From Macrostomum lignano (lineage: Eukaryota): 36,607 bases of DNA. Location of the stretch: contig NIVC01004735.1 in NCBI GenBank assembly GCA_002269645.1, positions 1 through 36,607 on the forward strand, written 5' to 3'. The notes under the pieces were generated by a model, which saw only the letters and a list, made by a program, of their open reading frames with translations, searched no databases and was not told where the DNA came from. Positions 9,871-21,631 of this stretch are shown in pieces. The first letter of the stretch is position 1. Each line of letters opens with the position of its first letter. The position numbers and the translations under genes were made by a program.

Positions 9871-12800
9871 ATGGAGTCGATGTACACCAGCTTCAAGGAG
9901 TGGCACGACCGGACCATGTCCCTCGGAGACCCCCGGCTCGACGGCTGGTTCCTGATGGACTCGCCCGTGCCTTCAACGCTCCTGTCGATTCTCTACGTCG
10001 TGCTGGTGCTAGCTGGTATGCGCTGGATGAAGGGTCGGACTCCCTTTGACCTCCGGCCGCTCATGGTGGTGTACAACCTGTCTATGGTGGTGTTCTCCGC
10101 CTGGCTGGTGTACGAGTTCTGCGTGTCCGGATGGCTGACCGGCTACAGTCTGGGCTGTCAGCCAGTTGACTTCAGCCGGTCGCCGAAAGCAATCCGCATG
10201 GCCAAGACTTGCTGGTGGTTTTATTTCAGCAAGTTCATTGAGATGTTAGACACGTTCTTCTTTGTACTTCGAGGCCGATTCGAACTTGTGACGTTTCTGC
10301 ACGTTTTTCACCACGCGGTGCTGCCGCCTGCCTGGTGGTGGGGCGTCAAGTTCGTTCCAGGTGAGACTTTGAGTAAAACTTTCGCTTTTGAAAACTTATT
10401 TACGCTACATATCGGCTCCAACTAATTTTTGGTAATAATCTAATGACCTCTAAAAGTGATAGTGATACGATTTTTGCCCTTGAACTCTGTTCTCAAAAAG
10501 TGTGCGCCAGCAAGTTAAGGAGTGGTCTGATTGCTAATTATAAGTTCTTCCTCCTCTGTCTTATCAGTTGGGTTTCCTTTCCTCTGTCTATAAAGAATTT
10601 GCTTGTGTCACACTTGGCAGCAGTTTTTTAAACGAACCGAAGATATGTCCAGATCTGGTTGGGCGACAGGGCAGGCTGACAGAAGACAGACAGCAGGCGA
10701 TTCTTAAATCATTTGTTTGTGAAGTTGATTGATAATCCAGGCTGACTAAATAAAGAGAATTTCTATTTAGCCACTGCCACAGTCGGCCATAGACAATAAA
10801 GCCATAGACAATAGACTATGGACATAGACAAAAGACCATAGACAATTTCAAAGTTAGAAATCGTTTTCGTTTAGTGCTGAAAACAAATCTGGAACTTTCT
10901 ATTTTGTTAATAAAATTTGCAGTGACCTTCATTTGCCCATTACTCTGCTTTTCTGTTGGAATTTCAGAAGCGCAGACGTAAAACCAGTTTTTTAGTCGAA
11001 TTGGCTTGGCAAGAGCGGAGAGGTCGAACTCTAGAAATGCGAAACTCATCGTTTCTATTGTTCGAACTAGTTAGTTTCTTCTCCAAGAGTTTTTTGTTTC
11101 ATTTTTCTTATTCAGCTCAGTCGTCTTTCTCTCCTCTCTGTCTTCTTATTTGCACTGTTTTCGGTTTGTTCACAAGCGCTTCAAGTTTTGTGTGAGCGTC
11201 TGTAGAATTCTTAGAATTTTAACGTTCGCTCGTATAGTTACACAAGCCCAATAGTTTAAATCGCAGTGAAATTTGTTATAAATCTATCGCAATTAAATCT
11301 ATCGTAAACAACCTTATTTCTAACAAATATTTATATTAAATCAACGGAAGTAAGCGTAACATGCAAACGTTGTATTAACTCCAACAACAGCGCCAGAGTT
11401 TCCATTCCGATCTTCTTCAAACAAAGATAAAGTTATAGTTTAAAGCAAGCTGAACAAATGAACGCATTAACATTGTTAAGAGACTTTTTTGTAATATCTA
11501 GCTCTCCAGTTCTGGGGGGGGGGCCTGAGTGCACACCACCCCGTCGCTTGTCCAACTGGAATTCTCTTGCCCCAGCGCGCCCAGAACTCGCTATTGTTTC
11601 AATTTGTCAATTTGTTTGAAGTTTGCGCTCACTCGCTTGCGTGCCCGCCAGCCTGCCCGGCCCCGCCCGGTAAACTCGCAGGCAGTCATGGACAATTCAA
11701 GCTGGCTATCTGGATTGGAAATTGAGCGGTGATCATAGCTGGTGTTTTTTTCTTCACAGTATGCTAATTTTTAGAAAATGAGCACTGCTCATCTTTATGC
11801 AACCAGCCCGACCCTGGGCGCAACGTAAGCATTGTGATTCATAAATAGATGTCACAGAGGAATTATTTACCTTGCGTAGCAACAAGCAGTAACCGAGCAA
11901 AACACTTTATGTCCAGATCTGGTTGGGCGACAGATCTGGTTGGGCTGGCTGGAGACAGACAGGAGGCGATTCTTTAATCATTTGTTTGTGAAGTTGATTG
12001 ATAACCCAAGCTAACAAAGTAAAGAGAATTTCTATTTAGCCACTGCCACAGTAGTCGGCCATAGACAATAAAGCCATAGAAAATAGACTATGCACATAGA
12101 CAAAAGACCATAGACAAAAAAGTCAATCAAGATCAAGCGACAGCTCGTAAGCTGTGCTCTCCCACAAAAGGCAAGCCAAGCCAGCTGTAAAAGGGCCCTG
12201 TTCTCAGGTTAAAATAATATCAAGCAGAGAATTACAAAGCCATTCTGCTCATCTTGGTGCAACCAGCCCGACCCTGGGCGCAACATAAACATTGTGATTC
12301 ATAAATAGATGTCACAGGGGAATTATTTACCTTGGTTAGCAATAATCAGTAACTAAGCAAACGCGTTATCACCTCTCCATTTTAAAACCAGGTGGTTTCG
12401 GAAGCTTCGCAGCCATGCTGAACTCTGTGGTGCACACGGTGATGTACCTGTACTATGGCCTGGCCGCCATGGGCCCCAGCGTGCAGCCCTACCTGTGGTG
12501 GAAGCGGTACCTCACCAAATTCCAGATGGTGCAATTCGTCACCATGGTGGTGCACGGAATGCAGCTGTACTTTATCGAGTGCAACTATCCGAAGGCGTTT
12601 GCCAACGCTATCATGTGCTTCGCTTGCATCTTCTTTGTGCTGTTTGCCAACTTCTATATTCAGGTGAGTCGGTTGAAGTGCTTTTTGCGTTCAACAACTT
12701 AATGCTGACAAATTGGCTTTAGCTAGTAACTAGCAATCTATAGTGCGGCCCAGGGGCGTAGCCAGAAGGGGGGCAAGGGGGCCGCGGCCCCCCCCCCAAT

Positions 12801-15067
12801 CACCAACTCTGGCCTTTGGCGCCCCCCCCCCAGAACTGCGCTTTGTCGCCCATTTGAAAATGCTGCCGCTTTTCTGGCGCCCCCCCATAAATAAACTGCT
12901 CCCCCCCTAAAAAAACTGCCCCCCCCCTATAAGAAACTGGCGCCCCCCCCCTATAGAAACTGGCGCCCCCCTAAAAGAAACTGGCGCCCCCCCCCCCCTA
13001 TAGAAACTGGCGCCCCCCCCCCCTATAGAAACTGGCGCCCCCCCCCTATAAGAAACCGCCGCCCCCCCTATAGAAACTGGCGCCCCCCCCTATAAGAAAC
13101 CGCCGCCCCCCTATAAGAAACTGGCGCCCCCCCCCCCTATAGAAACTGGCGCCCCCCTAAAAGAAACTGGCGCCCCCCCCCCTATAGAAACTGGCGCCCC
13201 CCCCTATAAGAAACCGCCGCCCCCCCTATAGAAACTGGCGCCCCCCCCCTATAAGAAACCGCCGCCCCCCCTATAGAAACTGGCGCCCCCCCCCTATAAG
13301 AAACCGCCGCCCCCCCTATAAGAAACTGGCGCCCCCCCCCTATAGAAACTGGCGCCCCCCCTAAAAGAAACTGGCGCCCCCCCCCTATAGAAACTGGCGC
13401 CCCCCCTAAAAGAAACTGGCGCCCCCCCCCCCTATAGAAACTGGCGCCCCCCCTAAAAGAAACTGGCGCCCCCCCCCTATAAGAAACCGCCGCCCCCCCT
13501 ATAGAAACTGGCGCCCCCCTAAAAGAAACTGGCGCCCCCCCCCCTATAAGAAACCGCCGCCCCCCTATAGAAACTGGCGCCCCCCTAAAAGAAACTGGCG
13601 CCCCCCTTTATAAGAAACTGGCGCCCCCTAACTCACGCCCCCCTCCCAATCAATATTCCTGGCTACGCCCCTGATAGTGCCCCCATTCAGTACGCCCAAT
13701 AATCAAAGAGCAAAAATTATTCATGTAAATCAATTAAAAAAGCACATTTCCTTAAGAACCGATTCCTTCTTCAGTTTTATAAATCACCTTATTCGAATAA
13801 ACTTGTCACGGGCAAAGATGTTTGCTATGAATCTCTGTTTTCTATGAGTAACAAAGGAAATAAGGATAACCGAAATTCCACCCTAAATAGAAAACATCCC
13901 CAAGACAGCAAGCATCCCCCAGATAGCAAGCATCCCCAAGACAGCAAGCATCCCCCCAGATGGCAAGTACACCCCCAAATACAATAGCAAGCACACCCCC
14001 AAATACAATAGCAAGCACACCTCCAAATACAATAGCAAGCACACCTCCAAATACAATAGCAAGCACACCTCCAAATACAATAGCAAGCACACCCCAAATA
14101 CAATAGCAAGCACACCCCAAATACAATAGCAAGCACACCCCCAAATATAATAGCAAGCACACCCCCAAATACAATAAATAGCAAGCACACCCCCAAATAC
14201 ATTAGCAAGCACACCCCCAAATACATTAGCAAGCACACCCCCAAATACAATAGCAAGCACACCCCCAAATATAATAGCAAGCACACCCCCAAATATAATA
14301 GCAAGCACACCCCAAATACAATAAATAGCAAGCACACCCCCAAATACAATAGCAAGCACACCTCCAAATACAATAGCAAGCACACCCCAAATACAATAGC
14401 AAGCACACCCCCAAATACAATAGCAAGCACCCCCAAATACAATAGCAAGCACACCCCCAAATATAATAGCAAGCACACCCCAAATACAATAAATAGCAAG
14501 CACACCCCAAATACAATAGCAAGCACACCCCCAAATGCAATAGCAAGCACACCCCCAAATACAATAAATAGCAAGCACACCCCCAAATACATTAGCAAGC
14601 ACACCCCAAATACATTAGCAAGCACACCCCCAAATACATTAGCAAGCACACCCCCAAATATCGTGCGATTCGCAGAGTTTGAGGCCGTTGAGGGCCAATC
14701 CCCCATGGCACAGAGGAGTGCTCAGTGCATGTACAGGAGTCACCGGAATAAACAGAATTCTTATCCTACGCATCGTGTCTGTTTGTCTCAGCTGACTCTC
14801 AATTTCAGTCTAGGCTCATCTATGTCACTTTCTTTGCTTCTGGACCTTCTCAGAATCCGGTACCTGTCCCCCCCCCAACTCCCGCAGTCCTACCTCAAGC
14901 GCTCCGGTAGGCGAGGTGCCAAAACGCAGGAGGCCAATGGACACAAGTCTGCCGTTCCGGTTGCCAATGGTAACGGCAAGAGCAACGGGCTGGCGAGTCA
15001 CCACGAGAATGGCAACAGCAGCAGCAACGGCTACCACGGGGTGAAGCGGAGTCGCAAAGCCGATTAA
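9871..15067 (+). CDS. ELOVL: Very-long-chain fatty acid elongase, ELOVL1/7-like, copy 1 (exons 9871-10360, 12392-12663, 14888-15067; 313 aa)
   Basis: GNS1/SUR4 motifs DPRLDGWFLMDSP, KFIEMLDT, FLHVFHH, LNSVVHTVMYLYY, TKFQMVQF; C-terminal RKAD resembles an ER di-basic signal. Splice sites CCAG|GTGAGA and ACCAG|GT (phase 1), CAG|GTGAGT and CGCAG|TCC (phase 0) keep the frame. Confidence 0.93.
10644..12369. repeat. Intra-intronic segmental duplication: A 10644-10845 / A' 11908-12117 and B 11785-11910 / B' 12245-12369
   Basis: Shared strings TATGTCCAGATCTGGTTGGGCGACAG...AAGAGAATTTCTATTTAGCCACTGCCACAGT...CCATAGACAA, and CTGCTCATCTT..TGCAACCAGCCCGACCCTGGGCGCAAC...GATTCATAAATAGATGTCACAG. Confidence 0.9.
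12751..13673. mobile_element. Non-autonomous DNA transposon (MITE), 923 bp, with 15-bp TIRs and an internal minisatellite of about 21-25 bp
   Basis: CAGGGGCGTAGCCAG (12751-12765) and its exact reverse complement CTGGCTACGCCCCTG (13659-13673). Interior about 12895-13629 is (TATA(A)GAAACTGGCGC(C)n) repeats. No coding capacity; the TSD is not clean. Confidence 0.8.
13893..14660. repeat. 24-bp minisatellite CAATAGCAAGCACACCCCCAAATA, about 30 units, in ELOVL copy 1 intron 2
   Basis: Direct tandem units with indel variants; shorter AGCAAGCATCCCC units at the left edge. Confidence 0.95.
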
Positions 15068-16700
15068 AACAAAAGAAGATAATTTAAAAAACGCTGCAAA
15101 ATCTGTTTTGTTGAGTGTTTTGTTTAGATGGGAAACTCAAGTAGAAGGACGTTTGAACTTGTTGAAAATCTTGCAACTTTGGCTGAAGGAGACACTCGCA
15201 AGTCTTGTCAAGATATCATTGCCGCGGGCGTCCTTCTACTTTAAAAAGTTGACCATGTTTTTCATTTATCAATTTTTACTTTGGTTAATTAATATCTTAC
15301 TGAAGTACTTTAGCAAGTTTTGTTGGAAAATATTTAATATTAGACTAATTTCTTGCGTGTATTAGGAGACCTGTTAAATACGTTACCTGGACAAGAATCA
15401 ATTAAAAAGTCGTTGTAAACAACTCTCTAGTGCCTCTACCGTTGTCCAAAAATCGTTGTGTTAACGCCTAACTTTTGCTAGAGATGCGATTTGAATTCAT
15501 CAAGCGATGCAAATGTACAAGTGTACAATAGAATGCTTCAAAGTGACTCTTGGGTGACTATTTGACGACATTTTGGCGACTTGTACCGGGATATCTCGTC
15601 GTTTAGAGCTGTTTAGAGTCACTTATTTCCTATTTACGCTCGTACCTGTGTCTTCTGAAACGACTTTTGGATGCTTCTTTGCCTGGGTACCGTTTTTATC
15701 GGGAGAGTTACCCTAAATTACGAGTATATTAGCAATAACTGTTATATTATCGGGTTTGCTGGTTTTCCTCAAATGCATATTTGGTTTCTTACCTTGTCAT
15801 GATCAGCGAACAAATTTTGGCCCAAATGATTAGTTATACATGTAAACTGACCGAGTCACTGTGCCACTGTCACAGCCAGTGCCCTAACTGCCTGTTGCCG
15901 TATTAGTAACATGAGCCCCACCTCCCTCCACTTTCTCACGGCTGATTGCATATCCTAGACAGGAATTTCAGTTCAATTGCGCATTCTCAGCTTTCAGTAA
16001 TTAAAATTTAAGGTTCGTCGCTTTTTATCAATAAATAGAAAATTACAGCGGCCTCCGTTTGGTGCAGTTTTGTTTTGGATTGATCAAACCAGCTTGTATA
16101 TGAGCTCTTCTTGTTGACTTGTTTAGCAGAACGTGCTGTTCAAGCTACTTTCAGTAGGCATGACTTGTTGAAAATACATGCTATTAAATACCTACCAAAT
16201 CTCTGCAGACTTAGACATTTCTACTAAACTGTTTCCAGGGCCCTACAATAAGAGAGCTACAGTACACTAGAGAGAGCTACAGGGCTTTTAGCTGCCCACC
16301 TTTCTTCCATTGCTCAGGTGGCACCATACCTGTACCTATACTGCAGGTGCACGCTCTGGAAACGTGCCAATTGCAGAGCACAAAGGGCCCTGCACACTGC
16401 TCTCGCGAACGACCTCTGAGATAGTCGCGCGCGGCTATCTACTAAGCTGTAGAATCAGCCTCTGCACTCTCATAATTGAGCAATAAGCTGAGAATAGCTA
16501 GGACAGAATGCTCCGCTGTCGTAAAAAGATTCTGTTGCTTAATTATAGCCACGATCGTATTTAAAGTAGTCGAGCCATTTTTTAATGAAATGGCCTTATC
16601 TGGATGAGAAAGCTAGCTGGCTTCATCTTAAATGTGTAGTGTCATAATTGCAAATCAGTTTTACGTAATTAGAAGCGCCCAGCTTTATTGCAATAATGTA

Positions 16701-17101
16701 CTCAGATTAATCAAATACAGACACTCACCTTCATCAAATACACTCAGCTTCATCAAATACAGACACTCAGCTTCATCAGATACAGACACTCAGCTTCATC
16801 AAATACAGACACTCAGCTTCATCAAATACAGACAATCAGCTTCATCAAATACAGACACCCAGCTTCATCAAATACAGACACTCAGCTTCATCAAATACAG
16901 AAACCCAGCTTCATCAAATACAGACACTCAGCTTCATCAAATACAGACACTCAGCTTCATCAAATACAGACACTCAGCTTCATCAAACACAGACACTCAG
17001 CTTCATCAAATACAGACACTCAGCTTCATCAAATACAGACACTCAGCTTCATCAAATACAGACACTCAACTTCATAAAATACAGACACTCAGCTTCATCA
17101 A
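16701..17101. repeat. 23-bp minisatellite CTCAGCTTCATCAAATACAGACA, about 17 units
   Basis: Direct tandem units. Confidence 0.95.
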
Positions 17102-17723
17102 TTACACTTTACAGGCGCCAAATCAATGAAATTAACTCAGTTTTATTAACAATGTTACCTGCACCATTCTTCCCGACTCAAAAAGAATTTAACTCCGTCT
17201 CAATATTGATTGAAACAGGAACTAAGCTTATAAAATAAACAAAAACATTCCAATATTGAACTACGAGTATACATGATACATTGTGCAGACTTTTCGCTAT
17301 CTTTAAAATTTCATTCAAAAATCTTACGATGGGCTGATAAGAGTCAAAAGTACACCATGACAACCAGTTAATTAAGCTGTGAACTCTAGCCTACCGTTTG
17401 GGCAGACTATTAGGGTCATTGCGGTCGCACAATAAGCCCCCTCTGTCCAAACCTCAGTGCTGTACTGTATGCCCCGGCCATAACTCATTCCATTTTTGTT
17501 CATTAATTGTACCAATGCCCAATGCTCTGCATGGCTCACCCCACATCACCTTCACCTCACCCCACCGTGAGCTTGTCTGTACAGGTGAGCTGGACAGTGC
17601 TCAGCCTGTGCTCATAACTATATATACTATAGCATCTGCGGACTCTCTACCGTCTCTTGTCCTCAGCTCATACTGATTCGCTCTGGCAGATTAGGATTAG
17701 GACTTTGAGAACTGCTCGTCGCT

Positions 17724-19851
17724 ATGGAGTCGATGTACCGCAGCTTGAAGGACTGGCACGACCAGGCCATGTCCCTCGGAGACCCCCGGCTCGACGGCTG
17801 GCTCCTGATGGACTCGCCCGTGCCGCCTGCGCTGCTGTCGATTCTCTACGTCGTGCTGGTGCTGGCTGGTATGCGCTGGATGAAGGGTCGGAATCCATTT
17901 GACATCCGACCGCTCATGGTGGTGTACAACCTGTCCATGGTGGTGTTCTCCGCTTGGCTGGTGTACGAGTTCTGCGTGTCCGGATGGCTGACCGGCTACA
18001 GTCTGGGCTGTCAGCCTGTTGACTTCAGCCGGTCGCCGAAAGCAATCCGCATGGCCAAGGCGTGCTGGTGGTTCTTCTTCAGCAAGTACATCGAGATGTT
18101 AGACACGTTCTTCTTTGTACTTCGAGGCCGATTCGAACTTGTGACGTTTCTGCACGTTTTTCACCACGCGGTCGTTCCGCCTTCGGCCTGGTGGGGAGTC
18201 AAGTTCGTTCCAGGTGAGATGGAGGAGATATTATAGTCTATTTTAGTGGCCAAACATGGAGACATGCAGTTGTTAATCCAACCGAATGGCGTTCTCGATT
18301 TTCCGTCGCAACGGACGAAACGTCCTCCAACGAGGACTTTGATCATTTACATTTTGCACGGTTTTTACGGTTTACAAATTTACCCTTGAGAGTTAGCAGA
18401 ATCTACAATGCTGCACTCTGAACTTTGGAACCAATGCAGAAAAAGTTCGAGGCACACTGTGCATGCAAACTTAGCGTACAATATTAAGAAGGGCGTTGAA
18501 CGCTCTGTCTCCATGCTCAGTGGACCGTCCATTTTTATATTATTTTTTTATTAGAGGCAGGGGGTTGCGTGCACCCTGGCGCACTTTAAGCGACATAGGC
18601 ACACAACCGGCGAGAGGCATTACTGCCCATTCCGCCGACTCCCCTGAGCAGGCATACAAGCGCGCGGATACGTACGCAGGCACACACTCACACAGGAGTG
18701 TACAGCGGCCCTAACTTTATATTATCGTTAGGCATGTACACTTCACTGCGCCTTGGGGGGTTGGCTCTCAAGGCCGTTAATTGCACGAGCAGAGCCAAGC
18801 CGAGATTCCAATTCAGCCCCAAATTAATGTGACTGCACTTGGAATCGAGCCTCGGTCGCTGGCACACCAGAGCCTGCGCTAGACCGCTGGGCTACGGCCC
18901 CCCGGCCCAGTGGACCGTCCATACAAACGCGTACTTTAATAGGCCAGTTTTCGTGTTACTTGCATGTACTACTATGCCTTTGTTTGCTAGCTACACCCTG
19001 CGATGAACAATAGGTTTTGCGAATTAAATGTAGATTTGCAGTAATATTTTGGAGCTTTTGCTCCAAAACGCCTTAATTAAAGTAAATAACTAACACATAA
19101 GCTACACTACAGATATCACAGTTATCCAAACGAATTTTGTGTTTATTTTCAGGTGGTTTCAGCACCTTCGCTACTATGCTCAATTCAGTGGTGCATGTTG
19201 TAATGTACCTGTACTATGGCCTGGCCGCCATGGGACCCAGCGTGCAGCCCTACTTGTGGTGGAAGCGGTACCTCACCAAATTCCAGATGGTGCAATTCGT
19301 CACCATAGTTATTCACGGAATGCAGCTGTATTTTATCGAATGCGATTATCCTAAGGCTTTTGCCAACGCTATCATGACTTTGGCGTGTATCTTCTTTGTG
19401 CTGTTTGCCAACTTCTATATTCAGGTGCGACCATCGTAATAGATATTTAGCTTTAACACCAGGGGCTTTAGCACCAGGGGCTTTAGCACCAGGGCTTTAG
19501 CACCAGGGGCTTTAGCACCAGGGCTTTAGCACCAGGGCTTTAGCACCAGGGCTTTAGCACCAGGGCTTTAGCACCAGGGCTTTAGCACCAGGGTCTTTAG
19601 CACTAGGGGCGCCAGCACTAGGATCGATATTTTATTTACCTTTGAACGTCAGAATTAGACAAATAAAAAGTTACAAAAACCCCCAAACCACACTGCAGGC
19701 CTATCTCAAGCGCTCTGGAGGCAGGCGCTCAGTCCAGAAGAAGCAGTCTGCTCATCAAACGGTGCTGGTTGCCAATGGTCACAGTAATGGAAGAAATGGA
19801 GCCGCTCATAACGGACATCACGAGGCAGCGCATGGTCGAAAAACCGATTAA
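17724..19851 (+). CDS. ELOVL: Very-long-chain fatty acid elongase, ELOVL1/7-like, copy 2 (exons 17724-18213, 19153-19424, 19699-19851; 304 aa)
   Basis: Same motifs, same exon 1 and exon 2 lengths (490 and 272 nt) and same phases as copy 1. Sites CCAG|GTGAGA, TTTTCAG|GT, CAG|GTGCGA, CTGCAG|GCC; ends HGRKTD*. Confidence 0.93.
18533..18907 (-). mobile_element. tRNA-derived SINE, about 375 bp, in ELOVL copy 2 intron 1
   Basis: Perfect 15-bp direct repeat CAGTGGACCGTCCAT at 18518-18532 and 18908-18922. Minus-strand head GGGGCCGTAGCCCAGCGGTCTAGCGC...GAGGCTCGATTCC has A-box TAGCCCAGCGG (18894-18884) and B-box GGCTCGATTCC (18851-18841). A-rich tail at about 18533-18552. Confidence 0.88.
19451..19621. 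repeat. 14/15-bp minisatellite TTTAGCACCAGGG(G)C, the reverse complement of the 5857-6475 family, in ELOVL copy 2 intron 2
   Basis: TTTAGCACCAGGGGC is the reverse complement of GCCCCTGGTGCTAAA; the array ends with GGGGCGCCAGCAC, the GGC variant. Confidence 0.93.
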
Positions 19852-20097
19852 AAACGGCCTACTAAAGCGCTTTCGTTACATCAATTCATGTTTTATTGAC
19901 ACATTTAGCAGTACTTGTAAAATTAAAAACGATAAAAACTTACAATGATAAATTAGCCTTTCCTTTATTAATTTTTTATTCAAAAAACCAAAGCATAAAA
20001 CTATGCTTAAATGATTACGACTGAAGCAGTGACTCACAGAAACTAATTACCTTCGATTCCTCGAAAATGTTTGAAGGCGGATTCTATGCGAACAAAT

Positions 20098-20240
20098 CAG
20101 CACTCGGTCTCAGGTGTCAGCACTCGGTCTCAGGTGTCAGCACTCGGTCTCAGGTGTCAGCACTCGGTCTCAGGTGTCAGCACTCGGTCTCAGGTGTCAG
20201 CACTCGGTCTCAGGTGTCAGCACTCGGTCTCAGGTGTCAG
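20098..20240. repeat. 20-bp perfect tandem repeat CAGCACTCGGTCTCAGGTGT x7
   Basis: Seven identical units. Confidence 0.95.
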
Positions 20241-21359
20241 CAGAGAAAGCAGCGCAGGTCGCCCGAGGCGGCATCGAGGAAGAGGCCCGCCGCTGCCGCC
20301 GCCTCCGACGCCCCCGACTGGCAGCGCAGCGAGTGGGGCGCGAACTCGGGACGTTTCGATGCGACCACCGCATGCAGGAGGCTGCCTGTGTGTGAAGAAG
20401 AAGAATAAAAAAATATGATATTTGAAAATGAGTCTGCTATTCACGCGCAGATATTTTTTGGTGCGAAATCGGAGTTCTTCGATGTGGCGTTTCGTGTTGC
20501 TAACTGCATGCTAATCTTTCAAGAATTGCTTACACCGCGATCGAATGAATCACAAAATCACACAACACACACGACTGATGCACAAAGTGACGAATATGCT
20601 AAACAGAAACCAGGAGCAGTCAATCTGTCGGATTACTGAAATGGTGTGGCTCGTGGGGGGGGGGTTGCTGAGGTGCTGGGGGCGCTGTGAACGCCAAGGA
20701 GCCTTCCTCAGAATCGTGGACCTTATGAGAGACCTGCTATGTTGCTTTTCTATTTTATCTCCTTTTTGTCATTCGAGCACAGTAAGTATACCTGAGCAGA
20801 AGACATGCCACTGTTTTCGCTCTTCAGTAACGTCGCTCAGCTCCCGGTCAGACAGAAGTACAGTGTCGCCAAGTACAATGGAATCCGTTTTTAATATTTT
20901 AATATGGACACTGTTGTGCCTAAGCCAGCGGCTTGTGGAGCACTGTGGGGGGGGGTCCGCGGGGTTTTTAGTCATTAAGACTAAACACAGGCTATAAATA
21001 CTCATAAAGCAACCACCTTTGGCCCGGCCTTTCTAACTGGTTAGAAACTGGTTGGTTTGTATCAAAACAGGTCTTCTTGATCTTTCAGTCAAGTGACATT
21101 CACTTGAACAGCAATTCTACTTATTTACCTACTTTTATTCTAATTCTACTTATTTACTACTTATTACCTACTTTCTACTTATAGCCAGTAGAAAGTTTCA
21201 ACAGCAAAATAGATGAAAAAGATGGAGGTTTTCAGTATTTTTAGTCCTAAATCAACAACAATAATTGCCTTTATGAGCTCTGTAATTGTAAATGAAGCCA
21301 ATATATGTGTATTTTTCTTAACCGTTACCCTTCAGACAATAGGTTTCTTTTACAAATTT

Positions 21360-21631
21360 GTGTCTATGGTAGATACTTTGTGTCTTTCGTAGACAGTCTG
21401 TCTTTGGTAGACACATTTGTGTCTCAGGTAGACACATTTTTGTCTCTGGTCTTTGGTAGAGACTTTGTGTCTCTGGTAGAGACTTTGTGTCTCTGGTAGA
21501 GACTTTGTGTCTCTGGTAGATACTTTGTATCTCTGGTAGAGACTTTGTATCGCTGGTAGAGACTTTGTATCTCTAGTAGAGACATTGTGTCTCTGGTAGA
21601 CACTTTGTTTCTCTGGTAGAGACTTTGTGTC
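21360..21631. repeat. 20-bp minisatellite TCTCTGGTAGAGACTTTGTG, degenerate to the left
   Basis: Direct tandem units, core about 21447-21631. Confidence 0.9.

Noticed and set aside
13825-14706. Hydrophobic or Cys-rich minus-strand ORFs (GVCLLLYL, CACYCIWG)
   Set aside because: Translation of the 24-bp intronic minisatellite.
16399-16411. TCTCGCGAAC promoter-like motif (also at about 29010)
   Set aside because: A short motif with no TSS evidence; could be chance.
21030-21047. Near-perfect palindrome TTTCTAAC-TG-GTTAGAAA
   Set aside because: Isolated, AT-rich, with no associated element ends.
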